Positions 11,634 to 23,498 of a DNA stretch of 64,000 nt are shown here, piece by piece. A program made the position numbers and the translations under genes. The notes beneath the pieces were generated by a model, which was given only the letters and a program-made list of their open reading frames with translations, had not been told where the DNA came from and ran no database searches. Source of the DNA: Adineta vaga (taxonomy: Eukaryota > Animalia > Rotifera); contig CP075494.1 of the NCBI GenBank assembly GCA_021613535.1, forward strand, positions 4,960,001 through 5,024,000, in the 5' to 3' direction. Positions within the stretch are counted from its first letter, which is position 1. The number at the start of each line of letters is the position of its first letter.

Positions 11634-14600
11634 ATGAGAATGAGATATTTAATTGATTGGCTTCGTGAATATATAGATGTTTACAATGTCTTTATACCCG
11701 AAGAAAATGAATACGGCGATAATGATAATGATGAACCAACAGATTCAGCAGCAACTACCAGATATCAAAGATACGCCACTCGATTATATGTTCCTCTTCT
11801 TATCGGTGAGTTTAGTAGATTCGAATGAATACATCTATTTCTTCGCTTGTATTTGTTTTAGTGATTCTCTACATACTATTCTTCATTACATTGATCTATC
11901 CACAAAGTGAAGTAGTGACCATCTCAAATATTACACCATCACTTTTTGTTCAACTTCATCGTGATCATGCTGAAACACTTTCATGTGCATGTACAAATAC
12001 GATTGTACCATATGAAGCTTTCGTTTCGAATACAATTAAATTTGATCCTGTATGTTCGAGTATTTTTATAAGCAATCCGTGGATTGAAGCACTCTACCTC
12101 TCATATGCAAGTGCCTTACTAGTGATGGATTTTCGAACAACAGCTAGTTCTCAGGTAGGGTGAAGGTATGATTGTATTGATTCTCATATCCACTATGTAG
12201 TTTAAATTGCTTGCTGCTTTTTGCTCCATGTGCGAAGATACAATTTATCAAGCCTTAATTGATCTTGATAATAACCAGCTTATCACTTTGCAACTCGTAC
12301 CCGAAGATGAACTTCGATCTCGAATTATAGCAACGATTGAGTTTACTCAAAGTACAATACCTACACAAATACTTTCACTTGTGACTTTTGTACAAATAAC
12401 AACTCGATCAAACTCGTTAACTTCTGCTCTCAATACAAACGCAATAATTTTGCTAGAGTAAGTAGGAGCAATCTCTTTGTTTCCTCATTATTTACTCCTG
12501 CTTACTCTATTAATGAATAGGAATCAATTACATGATTTACAGGTCAGACCTACGTATTATTTCGACAAAAATGCTCCCAACTATGTTGCCCTACAAGGTT
12601 CACCGTGTCATTTAAAGAGTTCAAAAACTCCAGCTGGTTTCTATCCTTTGGAATACGCCGAAAGTGCACGCATGCATGACATTTGGCCAGCTGATCCGCC
12701 TTACTTTGAGCCAATTGCTGCTGCAATGGTTGATGGCTTTTTTGGGGCATGTGATCCACTAGATGCTATTCTTGCAAGCACTCTTGATTGTCTTCACAAT
12801 AACACTTGTCTTGAACTCTTTATAGATTATTTTCCAAGTTTAAATCACGTATGCCTCATACAACCATATTTCTTATTAAGAAAAATCTTGTATTTGTATT
12901 CAGATAAATTTAAATTGGACTAGTGTTCTTCCTTATCCAAGCAAGTCGCCGATTTCTGTGAAGGAACGTTTAAGTCATATGTTCGTTGATGAATGGTCAA
13001 CAAACATCAATTATACACAATACTTTGCTGAATGTGCACCGACTTCATGCACTTATACAGAGACAGATCAATCTAATATTTCCTATACAATCACTCTTTT
13101 TTTGAGTCTCTATGGTGGTCTCACCATTGTTCTCCGATTGTTGGTAATTATTCTAATTAAGATCTTCTCAAAATACAAGCAGTTCGCACGAACCAATAAT
13201 AATATTAACAATGGTACTCTCTTGAATCGAATAAAAATGTCTCTACCAACACTAATCAATATTTTGATTTTTAGTCATTCGTACGATATTTATGCAAAAG
13301 TATGTTGAATACATAAAACAATTGAATGTGTTCAAATCAGCTAATAATAGAACAATCAACGATATCAAACACCAGCGCATTACTACACGTATTTATTTAT
13401 GGCTGCTCGGAGGTAAGTGCATTTGTCTCGTACATTGTCATGCACCCTTATTTGGATGATTTTAGCTTCAATTTTGGTTCTTTTAATGTTTACTTCATTA
13501 AATGCTCATACAATTATTATCAATGAATATAGTCCTTCATTAAAAAAATTTACGGAATTACATAATATCAGTTCGGAAGGACTCAAATGTCCTTGTCAAA
13601 ACGTAACTATTCAATATCAAGCATTCACTTCATTAACTCCAATCTTTCACCAAGTTTGTTCAAGTGATTTCGTTAGCGAATCTTGGATAAATATGGCATC
13701 AGTTCTGGATTCGATTGAGAATGGAGGTAGAGAATTCTTTTGGTTTGGTTTAGGAGCAAGACATTTGCAATTATTGTCTACTATTTGTCAATTGGCTAAT
13801 GATACTATCGATGATGCAATTCGTCGCTTCAATACGCAGTCATTCATTACTTCGAATGTTCTCATCCAATCTGATTTCGATGTTCAGTTAAACACAACTC
13901 TTGTTCAGTTCAAACAATCACTAATCATTTATTTTAATCTTCTCATCAAAACAATACATCTTTTTACTCGATCGGATCAGCCATACACAAGATTACACAA
14001 TGCAGAACTTAATATGAATACTATGACAAATGAAACTGATCAGCAACAGTTGATGCAGGTATATATCTTGGTTAAAGTTATTCGAGAGTAACGCTGTAAC
14101 GACAAAGAAGGCGTGTAAAAAATAGTTTTCAAGATTAATTCTAATATATGAAGAGTTTTATCGAAATCTATGCTTTGTATATCAATAAACGTATACATTT
14201 TTCTTCGTTTGTTTTTAGTTTAACTTCAATTTAACTGGTTGGCAAAATTCGAATTCTACAACTCCCGAATGTATTTGTGCCACTGATTATAATTGTCGCA
14301 CTGCACTTTCCCCATCTATAGTTCGAAAAGAATAGAAGACGAAAGCGGAATCGGCAATATAACTTATCTGGTGCCGGGTTCAATTTTTGGATGTTTTGTC
14401 ATCGATACTCTATTATTCTCAAGCCTTGAATGCTATTATTTGGATACTTGTCTAGCTAAGCAATATTACTTCATGAATTTATCATTTCTAGAATACGATC
14501 CTGGTTATGTATGGTTTAATGCAGATCTTCTTACTGATGACTCTGAAAGGAGTCGTTTCACTTCGAATACTTCATTCTCGATGATAGTAGAACAAATGAT

Positions 14601-17600
14601 GATTGAACGATGGAATTCATCATATTCATTTGAACATTATTATCATGCTTGTGCACCAATCTATTGTAGTTATTCTGTTACAGAACGTACTAAAACTTTC
14701 CTTGGAGTGATAATAACATTGATATCAATAATTGGGGGTCTTACAATTGTGTTACGTCTGATAACAGCTCAACTAGTTGAACTGGTTTTCAAAGTACTAG
14801 AACGAAAAGTTAAAAATCAACAACAAGGTAACTATCGGCTAATATTTGAGAGTATGAGAACACTGACTTCTAAGCTTGCAAACTGTGAGAAAGAATTAGA
14901 TATTAATATTATTCTCTTTTTATAGATCGTGTACACTTATTAGATCGAATCAAGATCAATTTACGCACATTAATCACATTTTTGTTCACTACTCTGATGA
15001 ATATGAATATGTTTCCTCTACGAACATTTAGTAGTCATATTGAACGAACAAAAGCAAAATATCTTGGTCAACTGGCCACTCGTCTCTATATTTTACTTCT
15101 TATCATCAGTTTTGTTATTCTTACCATTTACACCATTATTCAACCACGGATTCTTACAAAGACTTATGATAAACCATCTCTTAATATGTATCATCGACTC
15201 TTACTTAATCATGAAGACACACTCCAATGTCCATGTTCATCAATTTCATCAACATACGATCAATTTATTACTATAGAGCCAATATTTCATCAGGTAAGTA
15301 GGAACGATCATATACAAAGTCATCATTTGAAATAGTAAGAGCTAGTTAAATAAAACCATAGATAATAAACAATACAATTCAATAACTTCTCATGTTATTT
15401 ATGATTCATTATATAGGTTTGTTCAAGTTCATTTGTTGCCGATCAATGGCGAATGAATGTTACAGCGAAACTCGTTTTAGATCTTTCTATATATTCCAAC
15501 AAAGATTATCGTCGCTTTCTCTCAGCACATTTACAACTTCTCAAGGGATTGTGCGAACTTGCTAATCAATCAATGGATGATTCGATTAATCAGTTTCTTT
15601 CTTCATTTTTTGTTACAATTCAACTTCAATCACCAACGAATTTTCAGGATCGTATCAATTTGATTATTGAACAGAGTAAATCAAATGCTCTTAAAACATT
15701 CACTCGACTTCTGTCTTTACTTCGAGCTGCAAATCATGGTAATGCAATTATAACAGCATACGGAACTAATTTTGAGTATATTCCTTCATGGTATGATTCC
15801 GACGTTTCTACACTAATTACTCAACCAATCATTTATGACAATAATTGTTCGTGTGCATTGAATGCGAGCTGCACAACTCAAGCTGTCTTTATCAAATCAG
15901 ACTTGTCTCTAACTGTTTCAATCAATGGTTTCAAGATGGGATGTACACCAAGTGAATCATTTCTTGCTTCAACTTTGGAATGCTTTTATGATTCAACATG
16001 TATAAATCTTGTTCAAGAATATACAAGTAGTTTCAACAACATTGACGCAAAAGCTGATCCTCTTGTTATCTCACCAAATAGTAGTCAATTTTTGGCAAAT
16101 ACAACTATTAAAGATCTTGTTGGAGTTCTATTTATTGAAAAGTGGTCGACAAGAATCAATCATGCGGCATATTTTAAACAATGTTTACCAACTTCATGTT
16201 CATACAACTATATTCAAAAATTTAGCTCTATTTATATGGTGACTCTATTACTCGGTCTTTACGGTGGTCTCTCATTCGTTCTCAAATGGATATGTCCGAC
16301 AATACTGAGTTTAGTCTATAAACTATATCGACTTTATAAAACACGAAAAAATGTCATTGCACCTACACTTGCCATTGATATACCGGCAATGAACTCTACA
16401 CATGAAGGAAGTGCAATCAGACATGTTGGACATTGGTATCTACTTTGTTCCATTTATTCGTTTTTATTGTGATCTGTATAATGTCTTTTGTAGGAAACAT
16501 CATTCTAGAACATTGTTCAGTTGCTTCATCTTTGGACTCATCATATTTATACTAATGATTGTAGCTATGATTATTACTCTTGTTTATCTTCATCATCATG
16601 TGAAAGCAAACACCAAATTAGCAGGTATAATCCTTTTTTCACATCCTCCAACTTATTATATTTGTATTAAATGAATTCTGCATTTTTAAAATAATCTTGT
16701 TATTCCATTAGCTTCCTCAACGGCAATGAATACAACAACTCAAAAGTTAAATTTGACAACGACACTTCCAACATCAACAGGTCAGTATGTTATCTTAGAT
16801 CATAAACTGATTCTATTCATAGTAAATGCGAGCTAAATATTCATTGTTATCTTTTTCTTAGTATCAAATTGTCAATTGACGTTTGAACTGTTAGCTTCGT
16901 ATCATACCGATACTAGTCCAATGCGAATGGTTTCTAGTGATTTCAACGGCGATGGCTATCTAGATATTGCTGTTCCCAATTATGATGCAGATAACATCGG
17001 TATATGGTTTGGATATGATAATGGAACTTTTGTAGAACGAGTGACAATCTCAACTGGAGACAGCAGCTATCCACGTTCAATTGTCGTTGGTGATTTTAAT
17101 TATGATAGCTATTCGGATCTTGCTGTTTCTACCGACGGTTCACCTCGACTCGTTATACTATTGGGAGATGGTGATGGAGATTTTAGAATGTCAACGCCAC
17201 TCTCTGATATAATTGAGGATACCTTGCTATTGCTTGTCGTCGGTAATTTTAATAGTGATAGCTTTTCAGATCTGGCTGTTATCAACTGTAATGACAAGAA
17301 GTTAGGTATATTATTAGGGAATAATGATGATACTTTTGGAACACACGTTGCATTTAGCTATAATGAATGTGATGTACCGCTTGCCGCTGCTAATGATGAT
17401 TTCAATGGTGACGGCCATCCAGATCTTGTTCTTACCAATTGGCAAAACTATTTGTGCATTTTGTTTGGTGATGGTACGGGATATTTCAGGAAAATAATGA
17501 CATTTTCTGCTGGTCGATATAATGAACCAGAAGCGATCGCTGCTGCTGATTTGAACCATGACGACCGATTAGATTTGGTGACTAGTAATCAAGGGACAAA

Positions 17601-17952
17601 TACTTTAGGTATCATGTTGGGAAATGGCAATGGAACCTTTGGAGAACCAGTGTTATTTTCAACCGGTGCATACAGTCATCCAAGTTGGGTTGTTGTGAAT
17701 GATTTCAATAAAGATGGTCACATGGACATTGTTGTATGTAATGAATACACATCCAACATTGGAATATTAGCTGGTATGGGTAACGGCAGCTTTTTATCGC
17801 AAATAACCTTGTCAACTGGATAGGGTAGTTTCCCAGTTTCAATCGCCGTAGGAGATTTCAATTACGATGGTAAACTTGATCTTGCTATTACTGATTACTT
17901 GCAAGATTATTTATACATTTTATTGAACACATGTGATTGTTGTGACCATTAA
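11634..17952 (+). CDS. Multi-exon membrane protein: three tandem TM/Cys-rich loop/TM modules + extra TM + FG-GAP/VCBS propeller; in-frame TAG at 17821-17823
   Basis: Motifs (A/T)TR(L/I)Y, L.C.C, (P/Q)VCSS.F, L(E/D)C.(Y/H)...C, C.P..C.Y and GGL each occur three times across GT-AG-bounded exons; seven DxNxDG-type blades from 16862 to 17952. Confidence 0.75.
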
Positions 17953-19445
17953 AATGACAAGAAACTTTAACGCATGAATGACGGCTAATTTGCTTTTGAC
18001 ACATACCTATAGAATCTTTATTTTTATGTTGCTTCTGCTTTTTTTATTTACTTCATCGTCTTGCTTATTGTTGAATAAAATGGATAAGAGACACTCACAC
18101 CCACCCTCACTCAGCGCTTTATTTGGTTGTCATACAGCGCAGCGACGAAGAAAATAACTGCAATAAGCATAACAAATGTGTTTGAAACAGGAGGAAAAAA
18201 GTTAACAATTTCTTCTGTCGTTATATGCCTATTAAACGAATTCCACCGACAAAAACAGTGTTCTGCTTTAGTTATGAATAGATTGTATCTAATTTTGTTA
18301 TCCTAGAGTACCATTTGCACATGATGAGCACAGTCATACAATTGTTTTCTGATGCAAATTTTACCCATTTTACCAAAGAAACTGTTGTGGTCATAAAAAA
18401 TAATTAATCAAACCATATTGATACTGTTGAACGCTTTGAGTTCTTTCAACGTATGAAGATTTTACTTACAGAGGTGCCATTATACTCAACTTCAATGACT
18501 TTTTAAATTACTGGACAATCTCGTTTAGAAATTATGGGGAAAGATTCTACTTATGGTATTAATCAATAGAGTAACGCAATATCGAAATCCCTATTTACAT
18601 ATAGAACAGGTTGGATTTATAAAGAATTATAGGCATAACATAAGAACTACGTAATTGTTTCATTGATTTTCAAGATATGTTCGGTAAAGTCGAGTACAAT
18701 AATATTATTTAGATTTTTCTGGAATTCTATGGCATAGATAACAAGATCGTCACATTGTTAAAGACAACTTTATAAAAAAATTCAATCTCTATAACAAGCA
18801 TAAGGTGTTTTGATAAACAGTATATGTTCTTGTAAATACGTTCACATGTTCATTATCAATCATAAGAAAATTGTGATAGACAATATACTTCAGTCACTTT
18901 TATTATCGATACAATGAAGGAAAAATATGTACAAATTTGAACAGCATCTAGTGGTTTTCGTAAATGATTTTTTACTATTATTGTAGACAAAAAAGGCGCC
19001 GCTTCACCGCCCAGTCAACCCGTACCCTTACACCATTTTTTGTTGTTTTATGATATCGACGTAATGTGATGGTATCAATGTTACGCTAGCGCGTGAGAAT
19101 CAATATATATGCGATCAAATTTCGATGTTTTGTCATCTGTCTATCAACTTCAGTGAAAAAACATTTGTAATAAGCATGAACAAGAAATACTATGCCATAA
19201 TAATTGATAGTTAATGTCTTGTGTCAACCATAACTTTTTTCTACTCCTGTGTTTCTCAGATACATATACATGCTGGGTACTATTATTTGAGGGCAATAGT
19301 TAATTATTTCCGTCTCTTCAAAATTCAAAACAACTTTCTTCGTCTCTCTCTTTTTCGTGTGCGTATATATACCTGTTCTCATAGTTCTCCAAACCACTTT
19401 TCAACAAACTCCAATTTTACTAGATACCAAATCATTACTAGCAAT

Positions 19446-19802
19446 ATGTCAATCGTTTGCCGTTCACCAATTCGTGTTGCTTGCACCACTGCAAGCTGTG
19501 ATACTGCTTGTACTCCTACGTGTGCTCCTACGTGTGCTCCTACATGTGCTCCTACTTGTGATCCATGTTGTGCTCCTACCTGTGATCCATGCTGTGATCC
19601 ATGTGATGTACCATGTGCTCCCAAATGCGGTGCACCATGTTGTCCAAAATGTGTCGTAACATGTGCTCAGAAATGCGTGGTACCATGTGCTCCTAAATGT
19701 GTTGTACGTACCACTGTATGCTACAAACCTGTAAAAGTCGTCAAAGTTATTAAAAAAACAACCATTATTCGTAAATCATGTCCCAAAGTTATGTGCTGCT
19801 GA
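19446..19802 (+). CDS. Small Cys/Pro-rich repetitive protein (118 aa; keratin-associated/metallothionein-like composition)
   Basis: ATG at 19446 downstream of a TATA-like tatatata (~19364); CAPT/CDPC/CAPK tetrapeptide repeats; basic C-terminus ending in CC; AATAAA after the stop. Confidence 0.75.
   Translation: MSIVCRSPIRVACTTASCDTACTPTCAPTCAPTCAPTCDPCCAPTCDPCCDPCDVPCAPKCGAPCCPKCVVTCAQKCVVPCAPKCVVRTTVCYKPVKVVKVIKKTTIIRKSCPKVMCC
19496..19700 (+). repeat. Coding 12-bp tandem repeat (tgtgctcctacN / tgtgatccatgN)
   Basis: Directly visible periodic repeat that encodes C-x-x-x units. Confidence 0.8.
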
Positions 19803-20105
19803 AAACATGAACAATTTACTTTTTTCCTATAAACTGATTCAATACCATATAGAATAAACCCGGGTAAAACATATCTACATTTTTTGTAAAGATGAGTACA
19901 CATAGCTTTTTGAGGATGTGGGTTTGGATGAAGGGTGATGACGATAGTATATCTATCTCGTATGTAAACTCATTCTCACCCATACCATCAAAATTATACT
20001 TCTTTTATGGTTTCTTTGTTTTTACAAAAAAAATAGCTTTGTAGTGTTATCGTACACCTTCACTCATATCGTATTCTTTTTCTGTCCATAAATGAAATAC
20101 AATCT

Positions 20106-22577
20106 TCACATTTGATTTGCATGACCGGCGGATCCGGTGTGAGTCATTAGACCAGCAACGATACAGTGTGAACCAGGTTTTTTCGTTGTACTGGAACTAT
20201 TGGTGTCATCAGTCGTATTTGACGATTTCTTAGGAACATAGCTGTTCGTAGCAGCTAGACTAAAATCATTTGTCGTAATAGATTTTAAATTTCTCTCTTC
20301 AGAATTTGCTGGATAATTGTCGGTTTCCATATCTTTCTTCTGAACATTTTTCATTCGGTATCGTAAACGTTTGATCAACGATTTTTTCGACATACCAATC
20401 TGTTCAGATACTTTCGAAGCCATATAACTAACGTTATCATCATAAAGAATCACAATCTTGTTGTATAACAAATCTTTTATCCAAGATCTTTTAAAATTAA
20501 AATCGGGCTCGGTGGTTACAACGACTAAGCCTTTCGTTTCATGTCTAGATTTATTGGTAGAGATTATATAAGATAATTCTTGAAATTTATCAGTATTGTC
20601 TTCATAAGCAGTTGATATTAAAATAATTACCACCGTTGCCGATATAATAACTGGAGATATATATTCCCACATATCTTCACCTAAGTCAACTTTTTCATAG
20701 TCGACCCAAATTGGTACTGTTACTTTCTTACGTAATTCCTTGATGAATGTTTTGCAAAAGTCTTCATTAGTACTATCATAACTGATATAGATCATTGGTA
20801 ACATTTCTTTTTGCGGTTTGTTGGGCACAATAATTTGCTGAATGTTACACCAAATACGCTTGGCATCGTCTCGGTTAGGACGATTAGCAAGACTTTCAAT
20901 GATTATACAAAATTGATTATTGTCAATTAATTGCTTGACATATTCTGGATAACTAGAAATTTGTAATAGAATCTTCAGTAAGTATTTGACAGCACGTTTT
21001 TCGAGTTCATCTGGTTCCGGATCTAGTAAAGCTCCGTATAGAATTAAAAGAAGTTCTGCAAAATATTGTATGGCTGTTGGTTTTTCATCGATCTTATTCT
21101 CCAGAATATGTTTGATAACATATGTATTTATGAAAGCACGATGTAATAATTCAAGTAATTCAGACAAATGATATCCATCACAGTTTAATTCAACATTTGC
21201 TTCAGCAGTTTTACATAATTGATAGAGCTTTACGCTAGTATCAAGGATAAGCTTTTTATTTTCTTCCGATTGTTCATCACTAGTAGCTAATGCGATCAAT
21301 GCTATACCAAAACTTTTTGTTAAATCTTCATCGTTTGTCTCATTGATTAATTGACTACATTCCATTAAAACATCGAAAGCCTTTTCTGTACGAAACTGTT
21401 TTAGACCTTTCTGATCTCGTGATAAATTGTAAATGATAGATATTATCGGATTACACAGAGAATCGATATGAGACTTGAATGTATCTGTACGAATCCATTG
21501 GATCGTTTTTTGAACATAACCCAGATTAATAAATATAGGTATTAATGGAATTTTATCCGTTAAATTCCATATAAGAAGTAAAATGCTACTTGTTACCGTT
21601 AACCGACCTGAAGAGACGTTTTCATTTGGAATAGTTAAACAATCATTGATAAATTCTTTGAAAGATATCATAAGAGAACTGTAATGATTTCCAAATTCAT
21701 ATTTTGATCGAATAACTGCTGCACTAAGAAATATGTTAGTATGTTCGATGTATTGTTGTAAGATGTCATGAAATTGAATTTTATTATCTTGTGGAGATTT
21801 TCTATTAGTTGTAGTCGAATCTAAATAATTTCAAACATGAATAGAGCGACATTTTATATGAGGATGAGTGAATCATGAGTATTACTTTATCTTTTTCTTA
21901 TAAAGAATAAAGATAAAATGACATCCTTACAATTCATACACAGCTCAATAGTAAATATTAACATGATTATTACCTATTGTTGATACTACTTCAGTTGAAT
22001 GAAGACGTTTACGACAATTTTCAATCAAATCATCTTTAATTAGATTCATAAACATGGCATCCAAGATATTGCTGGCATATATTGGAGAACACTCTTTTCT
22101 ATTATAAATACGTATTATCAAGTCATTTAAACTATTATACATTGATTGAAAGGATTTTTGTGATATGAGTAAATCGGATTCATCTATAGCAGAGATGCGC
22201 ATGATTGTATTTGATATCGTAATAAGAAGCATTGAACTTTTCTCAAAAGTCATTTGATCCCATATTTGATCGATATTTTTTGTCACATTATTAAAAATAT
22301 TTTCTATTTTGGAAATATTCGGATTAGTCAAATGAGTTGATAAATTTGAGAGTTCATTAATTTCCCGAAGAAGATTCATATAATTCAACTTTGTTGTTTT
22401 CTGTGTTGCCAAATTATCTTCTTCCATCTGAAATAAAAACATTTCTGCAATATCCCCAATTAGAGAAGGAGAGACGAAAACAAGAGTGTTGGGTGAAATC
22501 TCATCCATATCAAAACTAAATATAATACGGTTGCTGTAATAGTTAGCGCTGCCAAAAGCTACATAATACTCATGCAT
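20106..22577 (-). CDS. ARM/helical-repeat + TIR domain protein (2 exons)
   Basis: Intron 21821-21973 (GT-AG) joins the two ORFs in frame (STI|DSTTTN...SSLMISF); TIR motifs IYISYD, IWVDYE, MWEYI, VVIILISTAY..FQELSY. Confidence 0.82.
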
Positions 22578-23112
22578 GTCAAAAGAAAGTGGAGAAAGAA
22601 CAGGCTAGAGCTTCATGCATGTCAATCAATAAAGCTTAGATACGATTATTAAACGTCGCTGGTATTAATATAGAAAGTTCTTAATTTTCTCATTCTCAAC
22701 TCTATGAGACGTATATAACGATGAAAAGTGAGAAGATGTTTTAGAATTTTATCGCTAATAGAAAATTCCAGAAACGTCATATATCAAATAATGGTTTAGG
22801 AAAAAAATTATTTCACTGAAGACTCTTTTAACCGACGAAACATATTTAACAGAAAGATTACCGAAAAGAAAAGAGAATCAAGATCCAAGCTTTGCTTTCG
22901 ACATAAACGATCGTCAACTGGAAGAAAACCATAGCAATATGTCTTTTCTTTTTTCACGTCAAATATGTACTATCAAATTGTCTTGATCAACATCGGGTAC
23001 GCCCGCTCGTAGTCAAAAAACTGGATTTGCGACCTGACGAATAAAGTATAATTATTTATTCACCCTAAACATCAAGAAAACAAAATGTTGAAAGGAAAAA
23101 AAAGAAAATCAT

Positions 23113-23124
23113 TCTGATTGGCTA
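23113..23124. promoter_or_regulatory. CCAAT box (ctgattggct) in the divergent TIR/TRPM intergenic region
   Basis: Consensus NF-Y element (reverse AGCCAATCAG) between head-to-head genes. Confidence 0.35.
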
Positions 23125-23297
23125 GAAGGAGACGGCATATTGAAATACGCATTTAACACTGATGTAAAAACGATTCACCAAGGAGAACGTATGTGTGCTG
23201 TTTTAAAATGACTGATGACATAGCTTGGAGGACGTTGAAGAAAAGAAAAAAAGGCTTCATTCTTTCTCTAATGTTCTCGTTCTACCTTCCACACGTG

Positions 23298-23348
23298 TTT
23301 CTCTCTCTCTCTGTCTCTCTCTCTGTCTCTCTGTCTCTCTGTCTCTCC
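23298..23348. repeat. (CT)n/(CTGT) microsatellite
   Basis: tttctctctctctctgtctctctctctgtctctctgtctctctgtctctc. Confidence 0.9.
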
Positions 23349-23498
23349 TAGAAGAATGGAAATACCGCAGACATTTATTACATCTCAAAGCTTTGCACTG
23401 TTTCATAAAACTTCATTAAATTGATAAAAAAAATAATTTATAGTTACATTTTTCAGAACTAATTTGATCTATGTCAATATTTCAATTCATCAACTAGA

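Noticed and set aside
12459-12520. Apparent stop (LLE*) in the large membrane gene
   Set aside because: It falls in a GT-AG intron (GA|gtaagt...aatag), so it is not a lesion
18990-19100. GC-rich patch (ggcgccgcttcaccgcccag...) as possible ncRNA or tRNA
   Set aside because: No cloverleaf, A/B boxes or convincing stem structure
19496-19700. Tandem repeats as a possible CRISPR-like array
   Set aside because: 12-bp coding repeats with no unique spacers, no cas genes, and a eukaryotic context
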